From a virus: DNA of 64,000 bases. The notes below the pieces were generated by a model. The model made no database searches, was not told where the DNA came from, and saw only the letters and a program-made list of their open reading frames with translations. The DNA lies in IMG/VR virus record IMGVR_UViG_3300015370_000013, positions 1 to 64,000 of that record; one strand, 5' to 3'. Both the position numbers and the translations under genes were made by a program. Below are positions 9,555-19,265 of the stretch, piece by piece (position 1 is the first letter of the stretch; every line of letters begins with the position of its first letter).

Positions 9555-10991
9555 TTAATGATACCAACTCCTGTAGAGTTCAGGCTCTTTCCCTTGTGTA
9601 TGGAATAAAAGGTCTTCGTAGCGATCAGCTATTTCTCCGTAATCTCGCAGAGTCGTGGTTCGGTCAAAGGTTTTACCCCAAACGCCGATGGTTAAGTGGT
9701 TGTAGTGTGTGTTTAACGCGACGTAGCCTATTGCTGGTTCGCATGAACAGACGCAACTGGCGGCACGGACGTAGAAGTTATAGCTTACGTCACAGGACCG
9801 GTAAAGGAACTGCAACCACATACACAAGAGGTGGTTATACCGTGGAGGCGCTTCCGTTGTTAACTGCAACATCTCTTCGGGTAGCCACTCCAATAACTGT
9901 TGGTACGTGAAGAACCGATCGGTATGTCGCGCTTTCTTGGCTACACGTGTTACACGAAATTGGATGTTATCGTCCTTCAGTGCAACACACGCGACCGTGT
10001 AGAGGCATCGTTTAACTGTGAAATACACCCCACAGATATTTGCTATACCCCACAGTTCGTCTAGCGACACCTTGGCTTTCTCCAGGAGAGGCTGTACCAG
10101 CATCAAGGTTGTATCCGTCACCTGTTCCTCTGTCCACGCCCCGTGTTCACACGCGCTAGCCCAGTTTTTATTTCCACAGCGCTGTTCCACACAACAGTGT
10201 GCACACTGTGTCCGCAACATGTTGCGTGTTTTACCTGCGGCCTTGGATCGGTCTGAGAAATTACTGTGTGCCACCTCAACTTGCGTAAAATCATGTCTAT
10301 TTGAGGCGACCCAAAAGGGTGCTTCGGGACGTAGATAGTCCATCGCGGTCTGACTGAGGCGTGGAGAAACATATGTATGCCCCGCTACTTGCGTCTTCCA
10401 CGCGACCCACTCCTCAGCTTCGAGGTCTCCCTTGGTGGTGACGTATTCAGCGTTGAATTCCTCTTTAACCACGTCACCTCCCCTGAAAAGATGTTCTATG
10501 TGGGCTACAGGGTATTCAATCAACGGGAGGCTTAGTTGCGGTACAGTGTTGCACGGTACGGTGTGCCAAGGCACCCTGGGGGAGTTAAATATGAAGCAGT
10601 CCTCCTCACAGTTCCGACACTCCAAGAACTTTCGTAGCTGCAAACAAGAGTCAAAGAGCTGACCTACAGTGATGGTGTGTATACCCGTACCTGTGTCCAT
10701 ATAAATACGTGTACGTTCAGTCCAACCTTTAGGGTCAGGAAAACCCTTAAACGAGTTGGACACATGGAGTTTATCCGCAAGTAAAATACCCCACCGGGTC
10801 CCCTGAAATAGCTGAACCACGGTGGGGTCGCGTAATATACGTACAACAGCGTCGTGTGTTTGTGGGGGAGGATAAAACAACACCCCTGCGTGATTCACAC
10901 TATGACGTGATTGATAACGCCACCAAGGCGTATCGACGTCTATGGTGGCCTCACACATCGTCATTAGTTTTTCAGGGATTGGGTGTGGCAT
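9555..10991 (-). CDS. Cys/His-rich hypothetical protein, coupled downstream of the RT
   Basis: 478-aa ORF overlapping the RT stop by 20 nt; CRNCEEDC, CAHCCVEQRC..C. Confidence 0.75.
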   Translation of the reverse strand: MPHPIPEKLMTMCEATIDVDTPWWRYQSRHSVNHAGVLFYPPPQTHDAVVRILRDPTVVQLFQGTRWGILLADKLHVSNSFKGFPDPKGWTERTRIYMDTGTGIHTITVGQLFDSCLQLRKFLECRNCEEDCFIFNSPRVPWHTVPCNTVPQLSLPLIEYPVAHIEHLFRGGDVVKEEFNAEYVTTKGDLEAEEWVAWKTQVAGHTYVSPRLSQTAMDYLRPEAPFWVASNRHDFTQVEVAHSNFSDRSKAAGKTRNMLRTQCAHCCVEQRCGNKNWASACEHGAWTEEQVTDTTLMLVQPLLEKAKVSLDELWGIANICGVYFTVKRCLYTVACVALKDDNIQFRVTRVAKKARHTDRFFTYQQLLEWLPEEMLQLTTEAPPRYNHLLCMWLQFLYRSCDVSYNFYVRAASCVCSCEPAIGYVALNTHYNHLTIGVWGKTFDRTTTLRDYGEIADRYEDLLFHTQGKEPELYRSWYH

Positions 10992-12072
10992 CGTCGGCCT
11001 CCGCTACTTTAGCTAGTTCTGTTGTTGCCTGTTCTTCCGCCGCCAAGGCCAGTTTCACCGCGCCCAACATCTTCTTGAGTTTCGCCCCCCGTACATCCGA
11101 TATTGATGCGAAGTAGCTAATCTTCCCCTCCAGGTGTGAGAGGAATGATTCAGGCGGGTCCCATTGAAATCGGATGGCGTTGATGAGCAACCCTTCGGCG
11201 ACAGAGTCCCCGTTATGGAGACAGTTATGTAGAATGGCACGGTAGCGGCGATATACGTTACGTGGGATATTAGGTTTTTCATTGATGACGATTCCTAACA
11301 TCTTCTGTTGTCTCCAACGCCGCTGGACTTTGGTCTTCTTTGAATTCACACGGTAACCGTTGTCCTTGGCCAACTGTACTATCGTCCTGATGGTGTTGTT
11401 CACCACTTTACTCGGTAAATCGTCCTTGTGAGACAACTCAATGTCATCCGAATATCGCGTATACACCCAGCCCAATGGTCCTAAGCTTTCCAAGAGAGCG
11501 CGGTCCAGCGTCTCCTGTGCCATCAGGTTACAGAGCATGGGACTGGCGGGACTCCCCTGCGGGGTATAGTGCCGAGTCCCCTCTTGTACAGTACAGAGGT
11601 CCGCTAGGAGACTCGCAGTAGGATGGTTGTAGTTGTAGTGTGTTTTGAGAAACTGACGTACACGCGCACGACTATGCGACGGAAAGAAGTTCTTCAGGTC
11701 CATATGGATACACACCCCTGAACCTACGTGTAACAATGCACTGTCGACACAACTCTTCCCATCGACATATGCCCCTACACAGTCCAGTAGTGGGAACGAT
11801 TTTAGAAGACCTTCGTGAATTTTCTTTTGGATGTGTTTGATAACCGGCTCCGGCGCGTGAATGGGGCGACGACCGCCTGAACGTTTTGGGATAGTGAAGC
11901 GTTTATACATATATTCTTTGCGCCTCACACAGTACCAGAGGGTCTTACACCGAACACCCAGACGCAGTGCTAGAGAAAAGTCATCAAATACCCAGGGGAA
12001 GGGTTGTTGTAGGTACGCTTCATCCTCGGGGAGATCGATGTAACGAACGGTGGTTTGTTTATAGCTGCTCAT
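10972..12072 (-). CDS. Retron-like reverse transcriptase (divergent)
   Basis: IPKRSGGRRPIHAP, MDLKNFFPS, PQGSPASPMLCN, YTRYSDD, VNSKKT; retron region X SALLH (for NAxxH), region Y MLG (for VTG). Confidence 0.92.
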   Translation of the reverse strand: MSSYKQTTVRYIDLPEDEAYLQQPFPWVFDDFSLALRLGVRCKTLWYCVRRKEYMYKRFTIPKRSGGRRPIHAPEPVIKHIQKKIHEGLLKSFPLLDCVGAYVDGKSCVDSALLHVGSGVCIHMDLKNFFPSHSRARVRQFLKTHYNYNHPTASLLADLCTVQEGTRHYTPQGSPASPMLCNLMAQETLDRALLESLGPLGWVYTRYSDDIELSHKDDLPSKVVNNTIRTIVQLAKDNGYRVNSKKTKVQRRWRQQKMLGIVINEKPNIPRNVYRRYRAILHNCLHNGDSVAEGLLINAIRFQWDPPESFLSHLEGKISYFASISDVRGAKLKKMLGAVKLALAAEEQATTELAKVAEADDATPNP

Positions 12073-12688
12073 CTGCCTCTCCCGTATCGTCGTCTTGTTG
12101 GTCTCGGTGAAGCACTAATGAGGAGTAACATTCTTCATCCCCGAGGTTACATTTCCCGTTTATGTGGAGTAGATGCCGCGGACACGCCCTACAGATGGGA
12201 CGTATTGCTTTGCCCAACGCGTACAGCACCGTGTAGTCATCCAGTAACGTAGCCGTAGATACGCGACGGGCTGCAGCTGGAGATACGTGCTGGGACGCGT
12301 GTATGTACGCTGGTCCGTATTGTTTAGACTCTACCTGGTAGGTCCTGAAGATAGGGACCACGAGAAAATAGTTGTTGAGCTGCGGGACGTATGTCCGCAT
12401 CGCTCTTTGTCCCATTATTGTCCCGGAGAAGTGTTCCGGTAGCAACGGGTGGACACGCTGTTTGTTGGTCAAGTGCTCCACGCGATGTACATCGAGTTTT
12501 TCCAGGGCTTGCTGTACAGGCGTAGAGACGCTTAACACGAGACAATAATTAAACATATGAAGTATGTGCGCCTTGAGTTCGTGCGGCACCAGGTAGATGA
12601 GATCAAATGGGAAGACGCGAATCTTGGTAGCTGCGACTTTTATTTTGATGATTTGGTGTGTATGCACTGGAGGTTGTAGGGTGGTCAC
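12059..12688 (-). CDS. Hypothetical protein with C-terminal Cys cluster, coupled upstream of the RT
   Basis: Overlaps VWA stop and RT start; CRACPRH...C..C. Confidence 0.7.
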   Translation of the reverse strand: MTTLQPPVHTHQIIKIKVAATKIRVFPFDLIYLVPHELKAHILHMFNYCLVLSVSTPVQQALEKLDVHRVEHLTNKQRVHPLLPEHFSGTIMGQRAMRTYVPQLNNYFLVVPIFRTYQVESKQYGPAYIHASQHVSPAAARRVSTATLLDDYTVLYALGKAIRPICRACPRHLLHINGKCNLGDEECYSSLVLHRDQQDDDTGEADEQL

Positions 12689-14091
12689 TTTGTAAACGGC
12701 TCCATTCGGATGTGAATACCGTAATCCGGCGACGGGACAACACCGTCAGGTGTTAACAACCAAACTACGGGAATAGTGATGCGGTTTTCGGGTGCAGGTG
12801 CAGGAGCGAAACCGTCTGTAGCGTAAATGAAGATATCCGGAGCTTTGTCCGTGTGCATCAACTCCTGGATCTTGAGAAACGGCGGGTTAAAATCTGTGCC
12901 GCCCCGGCCTACGACGCCCCAGTCCACATCACCTGGAGATTTCACATCGTAAGTAATATGCAGCCAAGCATCACAGTACATGACAGTAATGCTGACATCC
13001 GAGTCAGCGCATGCGATACCAAGGAGTTCGCCCAGCGCCAGTTGAAGGTCGTCCGTGCTCATCGACCCAGAGGTGTCCAGGGCATATGCAATCGTGAATT
13101 TACGATCACGTGCACGCCCCGGGAAGGGTAGGATGCCCGGGATACCATGAGACCGGCGACTTGGCCGCGCCATACCACGTCCCACCTTGGTTTGCCGTGT
13201 ACGCTGACAGAGTGCCCGCAACACCTCAGGCCACGGGATGGTGGGGGGACGAAGCCACGATTCAATGAGGTCACGAACCTCACCCGGTACAGTGCCTCGG
13301 TCCTTAATACTGGACACTGCTTGACGGATAATGTTACGTGTTTCTTGTTTAACTTTCTCTGCGATACCTTGCAGTTCCTCAGGGGACAACCCCTCCAGTG
13401 CTTCTTCCCAGGTTTTGTGTGGGTTGCCTGTACGGTTTTCGAAGATCCGGTCCAGCGATACCATCCCGGTCTGTCCTTTGGTGATCTCTCCCTGCGGCCC
13501 CCGCCCCTGGTCTTCATGGGGTACAGCCAGGGTGTGCATCTTGCTCCCATCCGGCGCTGTGTCGATGTGGTCTTCCATCTTCGACAGGAGGGTGTACAGG
13601 TACAACTCCATGGACTCATCCACCGGCAACTGGAATTCATCCGGTAGAAGTGCTCCTCGGAAGTCGTTTTCTTGACACCCCATGAAGTAGGGGTACTCAG
13701 GCTGGTCTTTGAACTTGGGGGTTGCACGAATCAGTTCGTTGGCTGCGCAGTCCGTCGCCACATTCATCACAGACCGAAACTTGGCCCGCTCCAACGCGTC
13801 GGTGAGCCCCGAAAGGACGTTCAAGAACCGGGGAATGTGCCCCAGTAGGAGGTGTAGTACTTCGTGCTGACACACCATGACAAGCTGGTAAAACGAGCTG
13901 TTTTTAATGAACTCAGGGTCGAAGAAGAGGATAAATTTCCCCATCTTATCGATGCCCACCGCCATCGTACCGAGACCTGGTTTTTGGACGCGAACCATCG
14001 AACTGATGAGTCGAGCGTAGAAGTTTCGCTGTTGTGCACTCACCAAGTAGGTGAATGTATCCGACAGAGTCGGTTTCTGTACGTGTCCCAA
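12685..14091 (-). CDS. DUF2201-type metallopeptidase + VWA domain protein (MoxR partner)
   Basis: HEVLH..H, NVATDCAAN, ALDTSGSM (MIDAS), GRGGTDF, YATDG; likely TTG start at 14091 with AGGAGG. Confidence 0.88.
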   Translation of the reverse strand: MGHVQKPTLSDTFTYLVSAQQRNFYARLISSMVRVQKPGLGTMAVGIDKMGKFILFFDPEFIKNSSFYQLVMVCQHEVLHLLLGHIPRFLNVLSGLTDALERAKFRSVMNVATDCAANELIRATPKFKDQPEYPYFMGCQENDFRGALLPDEFQLPVDESMELYLYTLLSKMEDHIDTAPDGSKMHTLAVPHEDQGRGPQGEITKGQTGMVSLDRIFENRTGNPHKTWEEALEGLSPEELQGIAEKVKQETRNIIRQAVSSIKDRGTVPGEVRDLIESWLRPPTIPWPEVLRALCQRTRQTKVGRGMARPSRRSHGIPGILPFPGRARDRKFTIAYALDTSGSMSTDDLQLALGELLGIACADSDVSITVMYCDAWLHITYDVKSPGDVDWGVVGRGGTDFNPPFLKIQELMHTDKAPDIFIYATDGFAPAPAPENRITIPVVWLLTPDGVVPSPDYGIHIRMEPFTK

Positions 14092-14153
14092 AGAGACGCC
14101 TCCTTGATTTTTTTGGTGATTTCCCCTAGAGTTTAATTCAACAGGAGAATGCT

Positions 14154-15152
14154 GTGGCCACAATACATGACCAATACCATGACCCCGGAAGTGCAGGACT
14201 TTTTGTCTTACTAAGTACACATCCCGCGGTCGAAGAGTTCGTCAAACACGCGGCACTCGAATCAGATACAGCGGAGCAGCTGTCTGACCGGATGTTTGCG
14301 TGGCCTGCCAAGCGGCGCTTCCCTATCGACACTGCGGAAAACACTGTGCTTTCTTGCTTGTTCCGCACGAAGTGTGCCTCCAAAGTACCGACAGAGGTCG
14401 ATAACCTACTGACTCGTGCAGCTGAAGTTTACGGCGTACAACCGCTACTGGACCAAGTGAAGGAAGCAGCGGCTACGCCCCCGGCACTTGAAGGGGAATA
14501 CTTGCTCCCCCAACACAAGCGTCTGCGCGTGAACTCTGCTGCGGACGCGAAGCTGGCCGAACAACACCTCCTATGCGAGTACCGGCGCCTGGGCACTGAA
14601 GACCGTGTAATCGGCTTCACAAACCTCACAAAAGTGGCACAAGATTTTGGGGTTCAGTTGCAACCGGTGACACTACAAAAGGCGGGTATGACCCTCTGTA
14701 CCGGTAAAGTTGCTGCCGACCTGATCGAGGCCCGCCGCTGTGCTACCAAGGAACCCCTCTTCAAACACGCGTATACCCAGCTCGCCAACGCGTTTCGTGG
14801 TCGCGGTGAAATCCGGGACCGCGATGCTCTGGTAACGGCGGCGCAAGTCTTGGCCGAACTGGATCAACGCTCCGGCGTCGACAAGCTGTACGACAAGAAA
14901 GTACACGACCCCATTCAGACCATCTTTAACACGACCAAGGTGGCGGAAGAAACGCTGGACATTAACGGTCGGGCTATCTCAGTCGCTAAACTTGCAGCGT
15001 TACCGGCGTCCTTCTGGAACGACATTGTCGGTCCTGACTTCGGTCAGGCGTTGATGGACAAGACCGGCGCTATTGATGCACAACGCATCCGTGAGGTCGT
15101 CCCAACCCTTCCCCTGGACCTCAAGATTATCCTACGGCATCAGGTTCCATGA
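14154..15152 (+). CDS. Putative head/internal virion protein (K-x-A rich)
   Basis: 332-aa ORF; KHAA, KCAS, KEAA, KVAQ, KVAE, KLAA. Confidence 0.65.
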   Translation: MATIHDQYHDPGSAGLFVLLSTHPAVEEFVKHAALESDTAEQLSDRMFAWPAKRRFPIDTAENTVLSCLFRTKCASKVPTEVDNLLTRAAEVYGVQPLLDQVKEAAATPPALEGEYLLPQHKRLRVNSAADAKLAEQHLLCEYRRLGTEDRVIGFTNLTKVAQDFGVQLQPVTLQKAGMTLCTGKVAADLIEARRCATKEPLFKHAYTQLANAFRGRGEIRDRDALVTAAQVLAELDQRSGVDKLYDKKVHDPIQTIFNTTKVAEETLDINGRAISVAKLAALPASFWNDIVGPDFGQALMDKTGAIDAQRIREVVPTLPLDLKIILRHQVP

Positions 15153-15886
15153 GGGCGCTAGACGCTACTGTCCGAGACGTACTGGCGAAGCTCCCCAAGG
15201 CCCTCAAAGGTTCCAAAGGGGCGGCGATGAGTCTATTACAAGACGATGCCAGCTCCGCCTCCGGTATCTACGCAGCCCTTCGTGTTCTCTACAAACAGAA
15301 CTGGCTTCTTTGGGAGCACGAAACCGTCTGGGTTACGTTGCTAAAAGAAAGCGGCGTAAATCTTTCAAACAAAAACCGCCAGAAGGCTCTGGCCGCTAAA
15401 ACACTCCTAATGGTGCCTGCTTTCTGGTGGGACGCTGCTGTATTTGAAAACACAGCGTTAGCTTTCAACAGCGCCATCGTCGATGTAACAATCCTCCAAG
15501 AAGCTACACCCGGACAACTCAACTGGGCGGTGTTTGAAACGTCACTACTTTTTAATGCACTGGGGGATATCTCTGACACACCCGCCTTCGACTATGAACC
15601 TATGGGATACGCTGCGGCTGTGTTGCACAGAGCTGGGTTCATACAAGCACCGGAGTTCCTGTCATTTGCACAGGAGTCATTAACCAAACTAAACCGAGAC
15701 GGCACCTCCGTAACAGAAGATGCCGTTCGGTCAGCTTGGGATGATTACACAAAAGAGAAAACGAAAAGAGAACTCACGGATTCCTCACTGGACGTACAAC
15801 TTACACATCTCGCTACAGTGGACGCGTATATGGAGAAGCGCTTAAAGCGCTTGAACGCAGACCTGGAGCTGCTTACTTCGCAGTAA
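15149..15886 (+). CDS. Hypothetical protein (probable virion)
   Basis: ATGA overlap with previous ORF. Confidence 0.7.
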   Translation: MRALDATVRDVLAKLPKALKGSKGAAMSLLQDDASSASGIYAALRVLYKQNWLLWEHETVWVTLLKESGVNLSNKNRQKALAAKTLLMVPAFWWDAAVFENTALAFNSAIVDVTILQEATPGQLNWAVFETSLLFNALGDISDTPAFDYEPMGYAAAVLHRAGFIQAPEFLSFAQESLTKLNRDGTSVTEDAVRSAWDDYTKEKTKRELTDSSLDVQLTHLATVDAYMEKRLKRLNADLELLTSQ

Positions 15887-17294
15887 CTACCGGGTCCTTG
15901 GCGTCCTTGTCCAGCTCCGCCCGTACCCGCTGCATTGCCTCCCCGATACCGTCGAAGAGCTTCTGGTACGCAGGAAAGGCACACATGACCACGCTCATAT
16001 CCCCCAGATACGCGTCGCCGTTCTCCGCCTGCTCCGCTTGGTTCCCGAAGTGGTGCTCGATCATGCTCATAGCTAGTTCCGGCTTCAGGTCGGCGAGAAA
16101 GAGCACCACGTGCTCCGCGTAGGTCTGCGGATCGGCTTGCTCAGAGAACAGGGTCAGTGCGATACCCGCACACAGTTCGCCCAACGCGTCGTTCCGATTG
16201 GCCTCGATGAGCTTCCGCACGCGGGAGCGCACCTTGGACTTCTCGGTGTATTTGGTGATGACGTCCTTGGGCGCGATGACCACCTCATTGTTTGTGACGT
16301 ACGCCTGGAACATGGACGCGGTATCCATCCCGATACACCCACCGATAGCGCAGAACAGACCGTCGTTGTCGAGAGGCTGTTTGTGTGTTTCAGCAGATTT
16401 CAGGAGGTCGCTGACTTTTTCCCAGGTCGCGGGGCACGGGAACGCTTTTCCAGCGTCCCGCAACTTTCTGTCGTACAGCGCCGTGGGGTGCGCCTTGATG
16501 AACTCCACCACGTGGAAGTGGAACGCGCCCTGCCCGACATCTCCAGCGTAGCGAACCCACGCCTGCTCGTTGGGCGCGACAGCGATGAAGGATAAACGCC
16601 GACGAAAGGCGTAGTCTTTCTCCGCCTCGTTTACCGAGTAGGCGGAGTCGGACGGGTTCATCGCAGCGACGATCTGAACACCCATAGGAACCAGGTCGGT
16701 TCCGTGCACTCTGCGGTCCTCCAGGATGGTGAAGAACGCTTTTATAACGTGCTTGTCGGCCCGATTCCACTCGTCCAGGAACAGGATGCCCTCGGGCGGG
16801 AGGTCACGCAGGTTGCGCTCCACGAGAAACTCAAAAGTGTCCTCATCGAGCACATTGTTGTCGGCCAACGCTTGCTCCGCCAGCTGCAGTGCGTGCTCCC
16901 GAGCATGCTCACCGAAGCCGTTGCTACTCGCCGCGCCGATCCGCATGAAGAGGTCACACTCCTTCAGTAAGTCATTTCTGCGTGCGCGAGAGGGGTAGGG
17001 CACCCCGATGTCCTCCGCCTGCATGTGCGCCAGGTACAGGGCGATGACGGGGACGCTGGTCTCCCAGCGCTGTCCATGCCAATCAAAGGGCTCAACGGGG
17101 GTGCGGGACGCGGCGATTTGCCGCACGATGTGGGTCTTGCCGATGCCCGCGTCACCTACCAGACACGGGACGACATACGGGGTAAAGCGTGCGGCGTCGA
17201 TGCCCGCACGGGCACCGGCCAAGCCGGTTAGCCCTATACCCAATTTTGAGTAGAAAGTGTCTCCTGAAAGGGAGCTGTCAACGCCTTTGGACAT
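15873..17294 (-). CDS. MoxR-like AAA+ ATPase
   Basis: Walker A GDAGIGKT, Walker B LFLDEWNRA, IVAAMNP, AFRRR, PCPATWE; ATG 17294 with GGAGGT. Confidence 0.9.
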   Translation of the reverse strand: MSKGVDSSLSGDTFYSKLGIGLTGLAGARAGIDAARFTPYVVPCLVGDAGIGKTHIVRQIAASRTPVEPFDWHGQRWETSVPVIALYLAHMQAEDIGVPYPSRARRNDLLKECDLFMRIGAASSNGFGEHAREHALQLAEQALADNNVLDEDTFEFLVERNLRDLPPEGILFLDEWNRADKHVIKAFFTILEDRRVHGTDLVPMGVQIVAAMNPSDSAYSVNEAEKDYAFRRRLSFIAVAPNEQAWVRYAGDVGQGAFHFHVVEFIKAHPTALYDRKLRDAGKAFPCPATWEKVSDLLKSAETHKQPLDNDGLFCAIGGCIGMDTASMFQAYVTNNEVVIAPKDVITKYTEKSKVRSRVRKLIEANRNDALGELCAGIALTLFSEQADPQTYAEHVVLFLADLKPELAMSMIEHHFGNQAEQAENGDAYLGDMSVVMCAFPAYQKLFDGIGEAMQRVRAELDKDAKDPVVTAK

Positions 17295-17730
17295 GAAAAC
17301 CTCCACCACTCACACGGGAGTGGTTTACGTGATCCCCAAACAGGGGAATATTGGTTAAATAATGGTACGCACCGTCGGGATGTCCGAGGGCGTTTAGAAG
17401 TGCTGTTACATTGTTGGCGTCAGCCTCCCCACGTGTACGAAGTTTACTTGCTACGTATCCCGGGTCCAAGTAGCCCGCCAATTTCAGAGGGTAACTTCCT
17501 CCGAACTCAACCAGGCTGACATAACAGTAGCCCTTACAATCGTGTACACCACCCCCCATATGTAAAACAGTATCGTTGACCAGGAGGACCTGGTACCGGG
17601 TCCTTTGTGCCGCAAAGATGAGGAGAAGCGCACCCTTAGCCTGCAGTGCCTGCTTAGCTAATTCAATACGCGCTGGTTGCGTTAACCGGATTTCTTCTGT
17701 ATCCTCTATTTGTGTATCAGGAACTTCCAA
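17278..17730 (-). CDS. Hypothetical protein
   Basis: 150-aa ORF overlapping the MoxR start. Confidence 0.6.
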   Translation of the reverse strand: MEVPDTQIEDTEEIRLTQPARIELAKQALQAKGALLLIFAAQRTRYQVLLVNDTVLHMGGGVHDCKGYCYVSLVEFGGSYPLKLAGYLDPGYVASKLRTRGEADANNVTALLNALGHPDGAYHYLTNIPLFGDHVNHSRVSGGGFHVQRR

Positions 17731-19265
17731 GTTTGCCTCGTTCTGCGCTTGCGCAGCGTTTGTTGTATCTGGATGGTGCTCCCTTCAGATTGACGGACTA
17801 CCCCTTTTTTAAAGCTATCTATGACGGTGATTATCAGGGATTATTGTTAAAGTGCGGAAGACAGGTAGCAAAAAGTACTTCACTTTGTAACTTCATTATT
17901 ACTGAATGTATCGGTATTCCCCACTTTAAAACACTTTTCGTATCGCCGTCTCAAGAACAAACGCAGCGGTTCTCTAACACACGTTTAGGTAAGGTGGTCC
18001 ACTACTCACCACTTGTACGTCGATACTACGTGAGCAAGGATTTTACTGACAGGTCTATGCTCCGTATGTTTCAAAATGGTTCTGAGGTCGCATTGACGTA
18101 CGCGTCTGATGACCCCGACCGTGCACGGGGTCCTTCTGCTGACCGAGTGGCCTTTGATGAATGCCAGGATATTATGTATAATGAAGTTATCCCGGTTATC
18201 AACGAGTCAATGGGCAATTCAGAGTATGGCTACGAAACCTACGCAGGTACACCCAAGACGCTAGAGAACACCATCGAGTTTCTGTGGGGTATCTCCACAC
18301 AGAACGAATGGTTGATGCAGTGTGAGGGTTGTAAGAAGCACAACTTCATCACTAGCGTACGATCCATCGGGCTGCATGGTCCTATTTGTGTGAAATGCGG
18401 ACACGCACTCAACCCACGTAACGGGCGTTGGTATGCATTCAACCCCAAATCGGACCTACACGGCTTTCACATCTCTCAACCGATGCTCCCACGGAACGCT
18501 GAAGACCCTAAACGTTGGAAGCGTATCCGCAATAAACTGGACCGTTATTCCGACACTAAATTCAAAAACGAAGTGTTGGGTGTTTCAGATGCTATCGGCG
18601 CACGTTTGATCAGTAAAACTGAACTGGAGGCTTTGTGTGAAGACTATGACCTCTTCCGTCAACCTCCAGCTAACTTCCGTGACAATTACAGTCACGTCGT
18701 GGCGGGAATAGATTGGTCGGGGGGTGGTACTAAAGGCATCAGCCGTACTGTCGTGTGGGTATGGGGTATCACGAAAGACCAGCGATTACGCACCCTCTAC
18801 TTCCGTATTTACCCAGTAACTAACCCTGTACAGGTTGTTGACGATATCGTTGAGGTACTGAATAATTACACCGTTGAGTTGGTCGTAGGCGACCGCGGTG
18901 AGGGTTACTTAGCAAATACACTCCTCGCTGACCGTCTAGGTAAAAGTCGCGTTTACCAACTTAAATACGGTGCCCAAGCGAGCCCCATCGTTTGGAACGA
19001 GAAAGCCCTCTGTTACTTCGGGGACCGTACTATCTTGATGGATAACTACTTCATGGTACTGAAGCGCGGCGGCATAGTGTACCCACGCATTACGTACATG
19101 ACTGAAGCTATCAAAGACGTATTAAACATCTACGAAGAAGTAACGCGTGAGGGTAGGAAGGTTTGGCGTTGTGACCCTACCCTCAGCGATGATGCGTACC
19201 ATGCACAACTCTTTGGGTGGCTTGCAGCTAAATTCGTAATGATGGACCTGACGTTTACGGGGTGA
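17712..19265 (+). CDS. terL: Terminase large subunit (lambda GpA-like)
   Basis: GRQVAKST Walker A, RARGPSAD..FDE Walker B, GTPK, CxxC..CxxC, GFHISQ, nuclease AGIDW, DDAYHA. Confidence 0.9.
   Translation: MYQELPSLPRSALAQRLLYLDGAPFRLTDYPFFKAIYDGDYQGLLLKCGRQVAKSTSLCNFIITECIGIPHFKTLFVSPSQEQTQRFSNTRLGKVVHYSPLVRRYYVSKDFTDRSMLRMFQNGSEVALTYASDDPDRARGPSADRVAFDECQDIMYNEVIPVINESMGNSEYGYETYAGTPKTLENTIEFLWGISTQNEWLMQCEGCKKHNFITSVRSIGLHGPICVKCGHALNPRNGRWYAFNPKSDLHGFHISQPMLPRNAEDPKRWKRIRNKLDRYSDTKFKNEVLGVSDAIGARLISKTELEALCEDYDLFRQPPANFRDNYSHVVAGIDWSGGGTKGISRTVVWVWGITKDQRLRTLYFRIYPVTNPVQVVDDIVEVLNNYTVELVVGDRGEGYLANTLLADRLGKSRVYQLKYGAQASPIVWNEKALCYFGDRTILMDNYFMVLKRGGIVYPRITYMTEAIKDVLNIYEEVTREGRKVWRCDPTLSDDAYHAQLFGWLAAKFVMMDLTFTG

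Noticed and set aside
10972-12072. DGR or group II intron RT
   Set aside because: No TR/VR pair or Avd seen, no maturase X/En domain, no flanking intron RNA; motifs are retron-like.
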